Counted from the first letter of the whole stretch, positions 27,131-39,510 are shown. The stretch is 63,670 bases of DNA, filler included, from Sphaeroforma arctica JP610 (GCF_001186125.1; 7 parts of 3 records of this genome joined end to end with filler, not necessarily neighbours in it), one strand, 5' to 3'. Notes: generated by a model not told the origin, from the letters alone. Numbers and translations are program-made.

Positions 27131-28576
27131 TGTGTCAACTGTCAGTCGCCAACATACAAGTCAAGACAAAGGGTGAAGGCCAGTGACTCGGTGAGTGAGC
27201 AGTGAGCACTGACAGTCTGACACACGCGCTAAAACACAGTCTAAAATAGAAAAACATTTAGAAATAGAAAAACATTTAAAAATAGAATTATGAGTAGCAG
27301 TCTAAAAATAGAAAGTTTGGACTTTTCTTATATAGAAACTATAAATTAGCGTTTTCTTCATGAGTGACGAGTCTATGCCGGCTGCCGCTATGGTTTATAT
27401 ATATATTTTTTGAAAGAGTTCTAGGAGTCTTGATCGTGTAAATACATCGAAAATATGAGACATGGCAACTAGCATCCTCTTCTGGAGGCTACAGTTAATG
27501 TCAGATGTCATGATTATGTACAGTTAAATATATCTTTTGGTTGGCTGTAGTGGCATCCCATCAACGAGTGTTTACCGTTTACTTAGTCGTTGCAAAGCTT
27601 CGTGTATTTACCAAGTAGCCGCCTTGAATCAGCTATCCAATCGCCTCCAAATCACTACACTTAGCGCATCACGAAATTGTCCGTATTCGATTTTTAATTA
27701 TGTAGCTCCGGGATTAAGATATTTTGAGCGTTGATGTAGCTGAACACTGAAAGTACCACGTTGGTAGTGAGTAATCAGCGAAACAATTATTTAATATCCT
27801 CCAAAACGCCACACTCTGAGCGCATCACGAAACTGTTCTCTATTTAATCTCAGTTAGATTAAAGAAGATCCACTGGGATTGAGGAATTTTATTTATGTAA
27901 TTATCATAGTTTTCTAAATCAAACAACGACTCTGTAATTATAGATAAACAAACTTCATTATATTTATCAACTGTGTAAAAAAAGACATTTGGGTCCTCTG
28001 TAGATTCAATAAAAACGTGTATATTCGAGTTTGTAATTCATATCGTGACTCAGCTTCCATTAGGATTACTGGTGGCTTGAATATCCTCAAATAAGTACTC
28101 CAGTCTCTTGTACTAGCCTTGCTGTTAATACCGCTCGCTATAGGGTATCCTCGAGAAGTGAACGATAAAATACAAAAGAAAAATTCAATACATATCTACT
28201 CGGGGTGAAGGATCGTGTACTTCTCGTTCGCTATGTGCGTATGTCATACTTTACTGTTCACGACTCTGCTGTGCTCCAAACGAAAATTTACAAATTAAAA
28301 CATTCATACACACATATTTACGTACATAAATACAGAAATATACACCCGCATACACATATTTCCATACATAAATACGAATATATACACCCGCATACACATG
28401 CACGCGCACACACCACACATACACACACACACACAAAGCATACGTATTACGCACATAGACGCAAACCTATACACACNNNNNNNNNNNNNNNNNNNNNNNN
28501 NNNNNNNNNNNNNNNNNNNNTTAATTAATTAANNNNNNNNNNNNNNNNNNNNNNNNNNNNNNNNNNNNNNNNNNNN

Positions 28577-31214
28577 TAGCGGACTTAACCTGGGCTGAAT
28601 TTTACTCGAGAGCGAATCAGACGTTTACCAAACGCCTTAGTTCCGTGGTGAAAGTCACTAATGCTCAGAGGAAGGTAGGCGGCAATCTTACCGGGGGATC
28701 AGGCAATGGTCGAGACTCTCAGTACACTAATGGAGGTCAGAAGGTAAACAAAGGGGGTGACAAGGGTGGCAATAAGAACAAAATACAAATGGTTCTGAAA
28801 GCCACAAGAACAATGTCATCCCTAAGGGTAACCAGACCAACAGAAATGGACCGCCGGCAGGCAACCCTAAGCCCAGGCATAGGGAGGTCAAGAATTGTAT
28901 TGAGACTGATTGCAATTGGCGAATGACCCAGTATGAGCCGAATGGCAGATGGAATGGAAGGCACGCAGAAAAGTGTAAGCACTTTATCGAGAAGTGTGCC
29001 GACTGTACCGGGACTGGAGGTTACCACAAGCATGGATGTACAGTGAAACCAAAAGTTGAAGTTAAGTGACAAACATACCGGGTCTTGTCACTAAGACAAA
29101 AGGACGCACCTCAAGACGAGCGTGTAATCCTAGATATACGAGTTAACGGACATGAAATAAAAGCGTTGCTGGATCCGGGCTCGCAAATTTCATGTATATC
29201 CTCTAGATTCTGTAAAATGGCAGACGTAACTCGTAAGTCAGAGCCGACTATGTTGGAACTGGCTGATGAAAGAGAGATCACTTGCAGAGAAATGGCAATC
29301 GATCTTAGGTTTACATTGACAGACTAACGTACTACAGTTACTAAGGCAGTCATATGTAACACTTCACCAGACTATTATCTCATAGGTATGAGTGATTTAT
29401 TGTCATTAGGTATCACAATTACAGGCTTACCTACTAACATTGAACCACAGAAGGATCAGTCGGACGACAACTTGTTGAAACCGGTATAGAAACCTTCGAA
29501 AACTGTGAAGGAGATTATCCCTCACTTCACAGAGAAACTCAAGGACTTGATTTTCGAGAACGACAAGATTCAGATCACTGACTGGGCTTAAGTTCAAAAT
29601 CAATAACGGATACGTTAGTCTAGACCTGACAAGAGTAGATTTCTCGAAGCTGAAGTGTCCTACACGTAACTATGTTGCATGGCGTCATGAGCAGGTCGTA
29701 CGAGAACAGGTGAAAGCATGGTTAGATGACGTAGTGATCGCAGTCAACTACGAGCCGACTCCCGTCAACCTAGCGCTTTTAGCCGTCGACCAATTCAACT
29801 CTGACGGGACGCTGAAGAAAGTTCGGGTGTGTTTGGATATGAGCCCAATTAGCGCTTTGATACCGACAAATGATTGATGGGAAACCAAGATATGTACAGT
29901 TCTTTAGCAGGGCTATGAATTCGTCTCAGATCAATTACCCAACCATGCAACAAGAGCTTTTGGCTATTGTTACTGGACTCACTCATTTTAAGGACTATCT
30001 ATATGGCACGCACTTTAACGTGCTATGTGATCAGAAGTCATTGCAACACCTAAAAGACATGAAACCTAACTCACAGTTAGTCAGTCGGTGGCATGACACG
30101 ATCGCGAAATGTTCTTTCGATATAACACATATAGCGGGTATTCACAATCACTTACCCGACATGTTGTCTCGCTTCGTACCAGGCTTTAACACGATGGTTA
30201 GGGAGTTACTAGCTATAGATTGGATGACCAACCTTAGGTGGTTTAAGATCGCTGACAACATATATGGACCACGTACCATAGATATGTTTGCCGCTCATCA
30301 TAATGCGCAACTGCCGAGGTACCGGACACTGGAACATCCGGAAGGAGATGGATTCCAGATAGACTTGTCTCACGAGAATGATTGGGCAAATCCACCATGG
30401 CTATTAACACCACGGTTGCTAAATTGTGTACATATTCAAGATGCTACCAGCACGGTGCGTTGTCCCCTAAGACACTCAGATAAATGGCTACCACAATTGA
30501 TCTCAATGATACAATGTGAGCCGATCTATGTGGATAGAGAGGTAGATACTTTTCTTTACCAGGGTACCCGTGCAGTCCAAAAGTCGCCTTGGCGACATAC
30601 TATTACATGTCGAATAGGTCCAGTTGGAACAACCAAGTGGACACCATCCGATACTTTCAAACACGAAGGTTGAGGAATCCAAGATTCCACTCTTGAATCC
30701 CAAGTCTCAATCAGAGACTGGGACAACACGAGCACCTGCAGTATGTGTTACCGAGATACAGCCAAATTCAAAGGAATCAAAATAGAGCGCAACACTAGCG
30801 AAAGCCTTCTACAACAAGATACGGTCTGACAGGGAAACTGCATACCAAGCAGAAACTCGATTGCTTAAGCAATTGATGAATGACTTTCCCGAGGTATATG
30901 ATCATGTGACTCAACTAATGGATATATCAAATTTTAGTCGGATTCACGATGTAGAAGCTTTAAGCGAGATTGTACAAGACGAGTCTTCGAGTCCAGGTGA
31001 TGACGCGGTGGAATCCTCACCTCCTGATTTCAATGTAACAAGTAGATCACAGGAGGCAATTCTGAAGTGGTTAAGACAAAATCATGCTCTTAAGCACATG
31101 GATAAGGTTAGAACTGAGAAAGATTGCAAAAGGTACGGAATCGTACACCCGAACCTCAAGCAATATATATCTCAGGTGTATCACGAATGTAACAACTGCG
31201 AAGTTAACCGGATC
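28577..31214 (+). mobile_element. Decayed Ty3/Gypsy-type LTR retrotransposon internal region: gag C-terminus, protease, RT (mostly deleted), RNase H, adenine methyltransferase, integrase Zn finger
   Basis: Two CCHC-like knuckles at 28896-29039; protease ALLDPGSQIS (~29165); RT start KKVRVCLDMSPI joined directly to RNase H FFSRAMN...NYPT..QELLAIV..LTHF (ORF 29870-30673); MTase DMFA (30281) and NPPW (30389-30400); HHCC motif NHALKHM...ECNNC (~31080-31200). Contains stops and frameshifts. Confidence 0.9.
30212..30620 (+). other. Dam-like DNA N6-adenine methyltransferase domain within pol
   Basis: DW...F......YGP.TIDMFAAHHNAQLPRY.......DGFQIDL......WANPPW...RLL.......T...P.....W.PQL matches the phage-Dam/DIRS MT pattern: SAM-binding DxFA followed by catalytic NPPW. 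Confidence 0.85.
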
Positions 31215-31665
31215 CAAGAGCTATTAGCCATAGTGGCAGCTCTAACACACTTCCGAGACTACTTATACGGAACAGCATTTACGCTGATGTATGATCAGAA
31301 ATCTCTTCAATATATGAAAGAGATGAACCCCGACTCTCAATTACTGAGTCGCTGGCATGATACAATATCAAAGTTTCATTTTGATATAAAACATCTGCCA
31401 GGTATACATAACCATTTACCGGATATGTTATCACGCTTCGTACCGGACTTTAATAAATCCGTACGTGAGTTACTAGCCACTGACTGGAAGTGTAATCCCA
31501 GGTGGTTTGAACTGGCTCAAAAGATATATGGGCCACATACCATAGATATGTTTGCTGCACATCATAATGCACAACTATCGAATTAAAGGACTTTAAATCA
31601 TCCTATGGGAGACGCCTTTCATATAGACCTCTCCCAACATAATACGTGGGCTAATCCACCATGGT
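31215..31665 (+). mobile_element. Second, divergent RNase H plus adenine methyltransferase fragment of the same Gypsy family
   Basis: QELLAIVAALTHFRDYLYG...NHLPDMLSR...DWKCNPRWF...YGPHTIDMFAAHHNAQL..*..DAFHIDLSQHNTWANPPW, then runs into an N gap. Confidence 0.88.
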
Positions 31666-32227
31666 NNNNNNNNNNNNNNNNNNNNNNNNNNNNNNNNNNN
31701 NNNNNNNNNNNNNNNNNNNNNNNNNNNNNNNNNNNNNNNNNNNNNNNNNNNNNNNNNNNNNNNNNNNNNNNNNNNNNNNNNNNNNNNNNNNNNNNNNNNN
31801 NNNNNNNNNNNNNNNNNNNNNNNNNNNNNNNNNNNNNNNNNNNNNNNNNNNNNNNNNNNNNNNNNNNNNNNNNNNNNNNNNNNNNNNNNNNNNNNNNNNN
31901 NNNNNNNNNNNNNNNNNNNNNNNNNNNNNNNNNNNNNNNNNNNNNNNNNNNNNNNNNNNNNNNNNNNNNNNNNNNNNNNNNNNNNNNNNNNNNNNNNNNN
32001 NNNNNNNNNNNNNNNNNNNNNNNNNNNNNNNNNNNNNNNNNNNNNNNNNNNNNNNNNNNNNNNNNNNNNNNNNNNNNNNNNNNNNNNNNNNNNNNNNNNN
32101 NNNNNNNNNNNNNNNNNNNNNNNNNNNNNNNNNNNNNNNNNNNNNNNNNNNNNNNNNNNNNNNNNNNNNNNNNNNNNNNNNNNNNNNNNNNNNNNNNNNN
32201 NNNNNNNNNNNNNNNNNNNNNNNNNNN

Positions 32228-35200
32228 NTGTTTAACAGTTGGATAATTCAACTGTGAAGCATTCATTGCTCGACTAAAGAATTGTATATATCTAGGTTTG
32301 TTATCTATAACCTGATATAATACTCCTCCTAAGGCTAAGTCTGATGCGTCCGTTGCTATTTCAAACGGCACGCCATCGACTGGCCCTTGTACAACTGGGG
32401 CTTGTTGGACTGCGTGTTTGAGCGCTTTAAATACGTCATCACACTCTTTAGTCCACAAGTCTCCTAGTTTGCCTTTATGACATCTTAAGTGTCCAAAAGG
32501 TTTAAGGTAGTCAGCTAAGTGTGGTACTTCATCTGAAAATAAGTTTACAAACCCACACATGCTGTTAACATCTCTTCCTGTAGTTGGTGTTCGCCAATCT
32601 AATAGGGTTTCCACCTTACGGGGGTCGATTTTAACACCTTCCCCAGATATACGGTAGCCTAAGAGCTGTATTTCGCTCATAGCGAAGTGACATTTCTTCT
32701 CGTTAATCTTGAAGTTTTGTTCGTTGAGTCTCTTAAGAACTCGTCTGACTAATGCGACATGTTCGCCCTTAGGTTAAGAAAAGATGACTATGTCATTTAT
32801 ATAGACTTGCACGTTGGGCATGTCTGCAAACATTTCCTCCATTACTTGTTGGAATAATGCTGGTAAAGAGTGTAACCCGAAAGGTGCACCTCTGAACCTG
32901 TATTGTTTACCTTTCCACTTAAAACTAAAGTATTTACGATGTGGTTCATATATCTACATTTGATGGTATCCTTGTGTAAGGTCTACAGTTGTAAATACTG
33001 TAGCACCTTCCATCCTTCGCAGTAGCTCGTTAATACGAGGTAGGTGAAAGCTATGAGTCGGTAATAATTTATTTATCGGACTCATATCTAAACATACTCT
33101 AACTTTCTTAATCGATCCGTCAGAGTTATGTTGGTCTACAGCTAGCAGTGCCAAGTTAACTGACGTCTGTTGATAGTTAATTTCTAACACTCCATCTGCT
33201 AGCCATTTCTCAACTTGTTCTTCTACCACAGCCTCGTGTCTCCAGGATACATAGTTCCTTGAGGGACACTTCAACTGTGTAAAGTCCAACTTGGTTAAAT
33301 CAAGGCTGACATATTCGTCGTTAAAACGGAATTTTGCCCAATCTGTGATATCTATCTTCTTATTAACTAGAATCAGATCTATGGTTTTGTTCGTATAGTC
33401 AGGTGTTAATGCCTTGACTGTGTCTGACGGAGGCTTATATGGATTCAGACAGTTATCGTCTGATCGATCCTTTAATGGATCTATGTTAGTTGGTAAACCA
33501 GTTACGGTTATACCTAGAGTGAGTAAATCGATCATTCCGACTATAATGTCGTACTTCTGTGACATATTAACTATCACAGCTTGAGTAGTGATACTCCTAT
33601 CATCGGCCAGAGAGATTTTAACATCTGTGGCCATGGTATCACACTTAGAAGTTTTGTCTTCTGCTAATATTAGGTGAGTAGTTTGAGTTCGCCTTTCAAT
33701 GTCTTTCATTAATGCAAAGCGATCGTAATACACGAAATTTCTGAACCAGGATCAATCAACGCAAGGATTTTATTTACATTGGAATATACAGGGATTATTA
33801 CACGCTCATCTAAAGAGTCGTTGTATTGTCTGTGTAATGATTGTACCTGGTAGTACCGTCACTCCAACTAAATGTTGGGCTTTCGGTCACAAGACTTAGT
33901 GTGATAACCATTGGTCTTCTCACACTTGTCACACTTAATAAGAAAGTGTGTACAGGTGGGTGCATGCCTGCCATTCCAATAACCGTTAGGGGTCAATTGG
34001 TACATGTCATACCCACACTTTGCGTCGGCACATTTCTTAATCTGCTTAAATGGAGGTTCCTTATCCTTCGCCTCCGCGCGTGAACGTTTATAAGGTCGCG
34101 TGGATAGAGTGGAGTCTGTTGGGGTCTCTCGTTTGAGGTCTGCCTGAATACGTACCCGTGATCGGTTTGCTCCCGCGGTTTCTTAACAGCCGCTTATGTC
34201 TTCGATGTTACTCGGTGCACGGGGGAAAGGGTGGATACAGTATCATAAAACTGTTCCCACGTAAGTCGGGATAAATAAAACTTTGTTTCATGTCCCTTGT
34301 CTCGAGCCTCAGTAGCGTATTTACGTCGCAACTCGGTGTACAGGCTCTCACGGTCGTTATTCCCTATGTTCTCACAGAACACGTGCATAACCAGGAACTC
34401 ATACCATCGCTGTGCCTTGTCCTTTGTTATATCTGGACGTTTAAGGTCAGCATCAAGCTTTAGAATATAACTCTGAATCGGAGTATTCTCAACTGTAAAA
34501 TTGAAAGTCCTGGGCTTCGCATGTCCTTACTTAATAAGGACNNNNNNNNNNNNNNNNNNNNNNNNNNNNNNNNNNNNNNNNNNNNNNNNNNNNNNNNNNN
34601 NNNNNNNNNNNNNNNNNNNNNNNNNNNNNNNNNNNNNNNNNNNNNNNNNNNNNNNNNNNNNNNNNNNNNNNNNNNNNNNNNNNNNNNNNNNNNNNNNNNN
34701 NNNNNNNNNNNNNNNNNNNNNNNNNNNNNNNNNNNNNNNNNNNNNNNNNNNNNNNNNNNNNNNNNNNNNNNNNNNNNNNNNNNNNNNNNNNNNNNNNNNN
34801 NNNNNNNNNNNNNNNNNNNNNNNNNNNNNNNNNNNNCATTAAAGCGGAAATCCATTGCTGGGGAGCGATATCATACGTCTCCAGTATGACCGTAAACGCA
34901 TTAAGCGTACGGGTTAGCATGTCAAGGTCATGGTTGTTTATAAACTCGACCTGCTTACTGTTGGCATCCCAGTTCGACTTAAGTCGACCGATCTGTCCCT
35001 TGTACTTCTGGTTATCCCTGTGGTCTTGTCCACGTTGGGCCTGAAGTAGCTGAATCGATGCGCTTGTGCTTAATCGCGATCATATTAGCAAAATATGATA
35101 CATCACAGGATGTTTCAGGTCAGCGTCTAACTTCAGAATATAACTCTGAATGGGCGTGTTCTCGGCTGGTTCATTTAAAATTGAACTCAGCCCAGGGCTA

Positions 35201-36640
35201 CGCAAATCCTTACTTAACAAGGATGTGACCAACCAACACACAGCTGGCCAGTCACGACAAGTGTCTAGCTCATGCTGGTGTCGCTGCAGGATCAGATAAC
35301 TGGTACCTGCATTGCTGGGGAGCGATATCATTCGTCTCCAGCATGACCGTAAACGCATTAAGCGTACAAGTTAGCGTGTCGATGTCATGGTTGTTTATAA
35401 ACTCGACCTGCTTGCTGTTGGCATCCCAGTTCGACTTAAGTCGACTGATCTGTCCCTTGTACTTCTGGTTGTCCCTGTGGTCTTGTCCACGTTGGGCCTG
35501 AAGTAATTGGTCTATGCGCATTTGCTTAATTGCAATAATATTCGCATAGTATGCTACGTCATTAGCATGATGCGCAGCATGGGCGACTTCCATTTTATTG
35601 GTATAGTCGTCGACCAATTTATTAAGGTCGTTCACCTCGTCAGAGTGGAAATCCTCTGCGGATGGTGTAAAGCCGTGCGGTCGAAGCGATTAAACTCGAC
35701 ATCGTTCACACGTCTGCGGGGATGATTAATATCCCTTGGCGTCGGAATAACATACCTGGTCTTAACTGGTTTCCGACGATTGTCTTCCCAATTGGGTACC
35801 TCGGTCTATAATACCTTTGAGGACAGGTAACTCACGACCAGGTGTCAGAACAGGCGAATGATTAGCCTGTTCTTCTGGCAGTAATGCCTCGTACGGTATA
35901 TCGACGCTGTGCACCTCTGGATCATATGATTTAGGTGTCGAGCTTGAGTCTTTGGGCGTAATTGCCTGTCGACGTTCTGTCCACTTCTGTAGGGCTTCAG
36001 TAATGCCCGGGGAAACATGCTCGCGAAAGCGCTGTGTATGATTTCCTGATCTTTCTAATTGATCTACATGCTTAACAGTCAAGTCCTTCATAATAATAGC
36101 TAACTGATTCTTAAGATCAGCGTATATAGTAATTAACTTACTTATGTGCTTCGGCTTAGAAGTCTCGGACGTAGATTCGGTTTTTCTACTTGAGCTTGCC
36201 TCCTCTTCTGGTTCCATAATAGGTTCCTTCTGAGATCTGTCCTTGTCCCCTATATTTGGGGACGCCCTCATAACTGGGGACTTTCCTTTTTGATTTTCGT
36301 CAGAAGAATGGTCTGGGGCGTCTTGAGATGTATCCCTTGTATCACTTCTTGGCTTCGTTAATGCAAGCTTTGAAGTCGAGGCAATAGTTGGCCCTCGGGC
36401 TCTGTCAGAATGAGTAGCCTCCTTAAGCGGAGTGGTTACTTACTTATCTGAAGCATTGCCCTTTTGACTATAATTGTCAGAAGCAAGTACTTTGGCTACC
36501 GTGCGCTTAAATGCATCAGCAGCGGCGTCGGTTGCTTGTGCAGCAGTAATAGCTGCGGCAGCGCTAGCGACTTCTCTCTCTATCTTCTTCTTTTCAGCTC
36601 TACGCTTCTTAGAAGGAGTATTTTCTTTCTTGGTCATAAT
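32228..36640 (-). mobile_element. Decayed Ty3/Gypsy-type element, same family, opposite strand: gag, protease, RT, RNase H N-terminus
   Basis: Gag-like ORF pieces at 34194-36637; knuckles at 33889-34032; protease LALIDPGSEIS (~33740-33770); RT KKVRVCLDMSPIN, TTVDLTQGYHQ, GAPFGL and YINDIVIF (mutated YIDD); RNase H FEIATDASDLALGGVLYQ...FFSRAMN...NYPT. The leader/LTR probably lies at ~36640-37800, but its edges could not be fixed. Confidence 0.92.
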
Positions 36641-37404
36641 CTTAACTTATGACTACTAGCTTGCCTCATAACGACTAGCTTAAACAAGAGAAAAAAATGT
36701 TGTGGTAGTTAACTTACCTTTACGCTTAAGTAGTCTAAGTAATTAATACTTTTGCTAACTTTAAAATGTGTAAGATTCGGTCTAATAAAGGCGATACTAA
36801 TGCCTTAGAATAAATAAACGCGTAGGTAAATTCTATATATCGTGTAAATATCGATATAAATAAACGAAATGAGACGTTTAATAAAGTTATGTTTGCCTCG
36901 TGAAAACAGCAATACTCTGAAGGATTGTGAGGCTGAGACATTGCCAATATATAATCCTCTCAGTACTGTTTCCGCCGAAAGGATTTAATTTAGTGTTTCG
37001 TTGTCGCTCTATTCTGGGGCGAATCCGATAGACTCATAAAATCCTATCTTTAGAAAAAATAAATAAAAATAAAAATACTCTTGACGTCTTTAGTTATTGT
37101 CTTAACCAATAACTTGCCACTATCAAGAATTACCGACTTAGCCCTCATCAGACTGGCACATCTGGCTGGCTTATCAGAGGATCAACTAGGTAACGTTAAT
37201 AGTCCCTAGAAATCTATATTCGGTTGAGCCATCTCGCTACCGAAGTATTCAGATATAAATAAAATTGGAAAGTAAATAAAGCTCTATTATTAGAACGAGA
37301 CCAACTCTTTTATGTTTGGTATTTTACTGAGGCCTCTTAATGGCCTCATCCAAATATCTGATATGTTAAATGGAAAAGGTTTAATTAATAAAACCATTGA
37401 AAAC

Positions 37405-37556
37405 CATTTTAGGAAGCTTGAGTTCCTCGTGCTATTAAGAGCACATTTAGGAGACTTAAGTTCCTCGTACTATTAAGAGTACATTTAGGAAACTTAAGTT
37501 CCTCATACTATTAAGAGTACGTTTATAATTTGCGTACTGCTTAAGAGTACGTTTAT
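37405..37556. repeat. 38-bp double-hairpin tandem repeat (3.5 copies) in the presumed LTR/leader
   Basis: AGGA(A/G)RCTTRAGTTCCT plus GTRCT-ATTAAG-AGYAC units at 37411, 37449 and 37487. Confidence 0.85.
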
Positions 37557-38392
37557 ACATAGAGTTTAATGTGGAGGCCCGGCTTATTACAGTTAGGCGT
37601 GTTAATAGTTTCTACTACGCAAACGTCAAGCAAACGTACACTACTAGACTATATGTTGTTTGTTTACTGTGTAATAACTATAATAGCGATAAAATTATTG
37701 TTGTTACTGTGTGAACTATCAACTATCAAGCACCGCTTCAAAGCTTTTCGGCAACTTCTCAATTGTTAACCCGTGCTATAGAGCTTTTGACCGGGGGTTA
37801 ACGATCGTTGAGCACCGATCAACCTTTGTGCCGTTATAGTACAGTTGATTCCCGGTAGGATTTGGTACGATATTGTTTAAGAGATATAACCTAGATGCAC
37901 ATGGTACTGTGTTGGTATTTTTTAGGAGAAAGGGCAATTTCGTTGTTGTCAGTTGCTGATTGTGATTAGTTCATAGTTAATCGCATAGCCAATAAACCCC
38001 TCTGAATACATATAAGTTGAAGTATATTATGAATATCTCATTGGGTGAATTTTTATTTTTTCCAATTTATTCCCGTCTCAATTCACTACTAGTTGGCTTC
38101 TAATGGCCATTTAAATCGTCTTCTGTGCCAGGCTCAAACCGGAAGCATGGGGTGACGTCTCGCCAGAATATCTAGAAACGACAATACTTGGGGGAGTTGG
38201 GGCTTCTTGAAGTCATTCAAAAAAGAACGAAGAACAATCTGCTTTACTAATTTTACTCGCCGTCAATGAATGCGAGATAAAATATGAAAATCCACCGCGC
38301 TGGACAAAGCTACATTATAATATCGAAAGTTCGGAACTTTACGTGTATACATTCTTGTGTGAAATAGAAAATAGAAAATTCGGCTATCAACG

Positions 38393-38486
38393 GTTCAGGA
38401 CTTCAGGAAGTTCAGGACTTCAGGAAGTTCAGGACTTCAGGAAGTTCAGGACTTCAGGAAGTTCAGGACTTCAGGAAGTTCAGGAC
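38393..38486. repeat. 17-bp perfect minisatellite
   Basis: GTTCAGGACTTCAGGAA, about 5.5 copies. Confidence 0.95.
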
Positions 38487-39510
38487 ATCATGATCAGGGA
38501 ATGGTCAGTGCCCAGTTAGTTGTGAATGGTTCCATACATTCCAGAGTTCCGTTGCCTCGCGTTCTTTTGTGAAAATACTTAAGTTCTCAAGCCTCAAGGT
38601 CTCAGGAATCAGGACAACTCAGTTTTACTGAGCCACAGACTCACAGAGTCGTATATAAATAGCTTCCCGTATTCTATTGGCTATACTGCGACTGCCATAC
38701 TTACATTATTTATTGTTTACATATTTGATTTGTTTTTTAATTTTAATTTTGGGTTGTTTTAAATTTTTTAGAACAAGTAACGTACATACTAGGCGACTGA
38801 CTGACTACGTTCGTATGTATTTTGTTTTTCAAAAAATACTTTCAATACGTTTTGCGTTGAAGCATAAGCCCTTCTAGACAATATTCTTAACGTTTATTAT
38901 TTCATGAGAATTTCCTACTTTTGACTCGTATTTATAAACGATTTGTAACGAATCATAGCCTTCTGAAAAAATTCCATTTTCCTTTTTTGTTTTCTTAAAA
39001 ACAAATTTATCGGATTGAAGTCTTATTTATATTTATATTTATTTATCCTTGTTGTGGGCACTGGGGCCTGGGGCCCTGGGCTGTGGCATTATTTTTTCTT
39101 CTTCTGAATATAATAGTCTTAGTTAGGCGTGAGCCGTGAGTTGGTCCCAAACCTTCAGCTTAGTATGGCAGGTTTGCTATCTTGAAATAAAAAAATAGTA
39201 CGTGTGTAGCACATCGTTCACTACTCTAGCATTCACGTAGTTAGTTCCTGTTTAGATACACATTACACAGCGAATTTTTTATATTGGCCGGAGAGCTTGA
39301 TTATATAAAAATCGTACAAGGGTTTTACCATCTTGTGTAGTCTGCTTTGCTGTTAGCCATCTAGTTTAAGAAATCTCTAAAAGAATCTCTAATAAGTAAT
39401 ACTTCGGTGCAACTACCTGTACTCAGTTGCAGTAAATTTCGGAAAATCTAAGAGTTGATATAGTTATCATAGGTTACCATCCACGCAGTTATTGTAAATA
39501 CTGTGACATC

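Noticed and set aside
29870..30673. Classification of the MTase-bearing element as DIRS
   Set aside because: The aspartic protease, Ty3-type RNase H and integrase HHCC finger argue for Gypsy, and no tyrosine recombinase motif was seen.
37353..37365. AATATCTGATATG resembling U2 snRNA stem IIa or an atypical primer-binding site next to a possible LTR edge
   Set aside because: Only 13 nt and AT-rich, with no other U2 features. The LTR boundary could not be confirmed without a second LTR.
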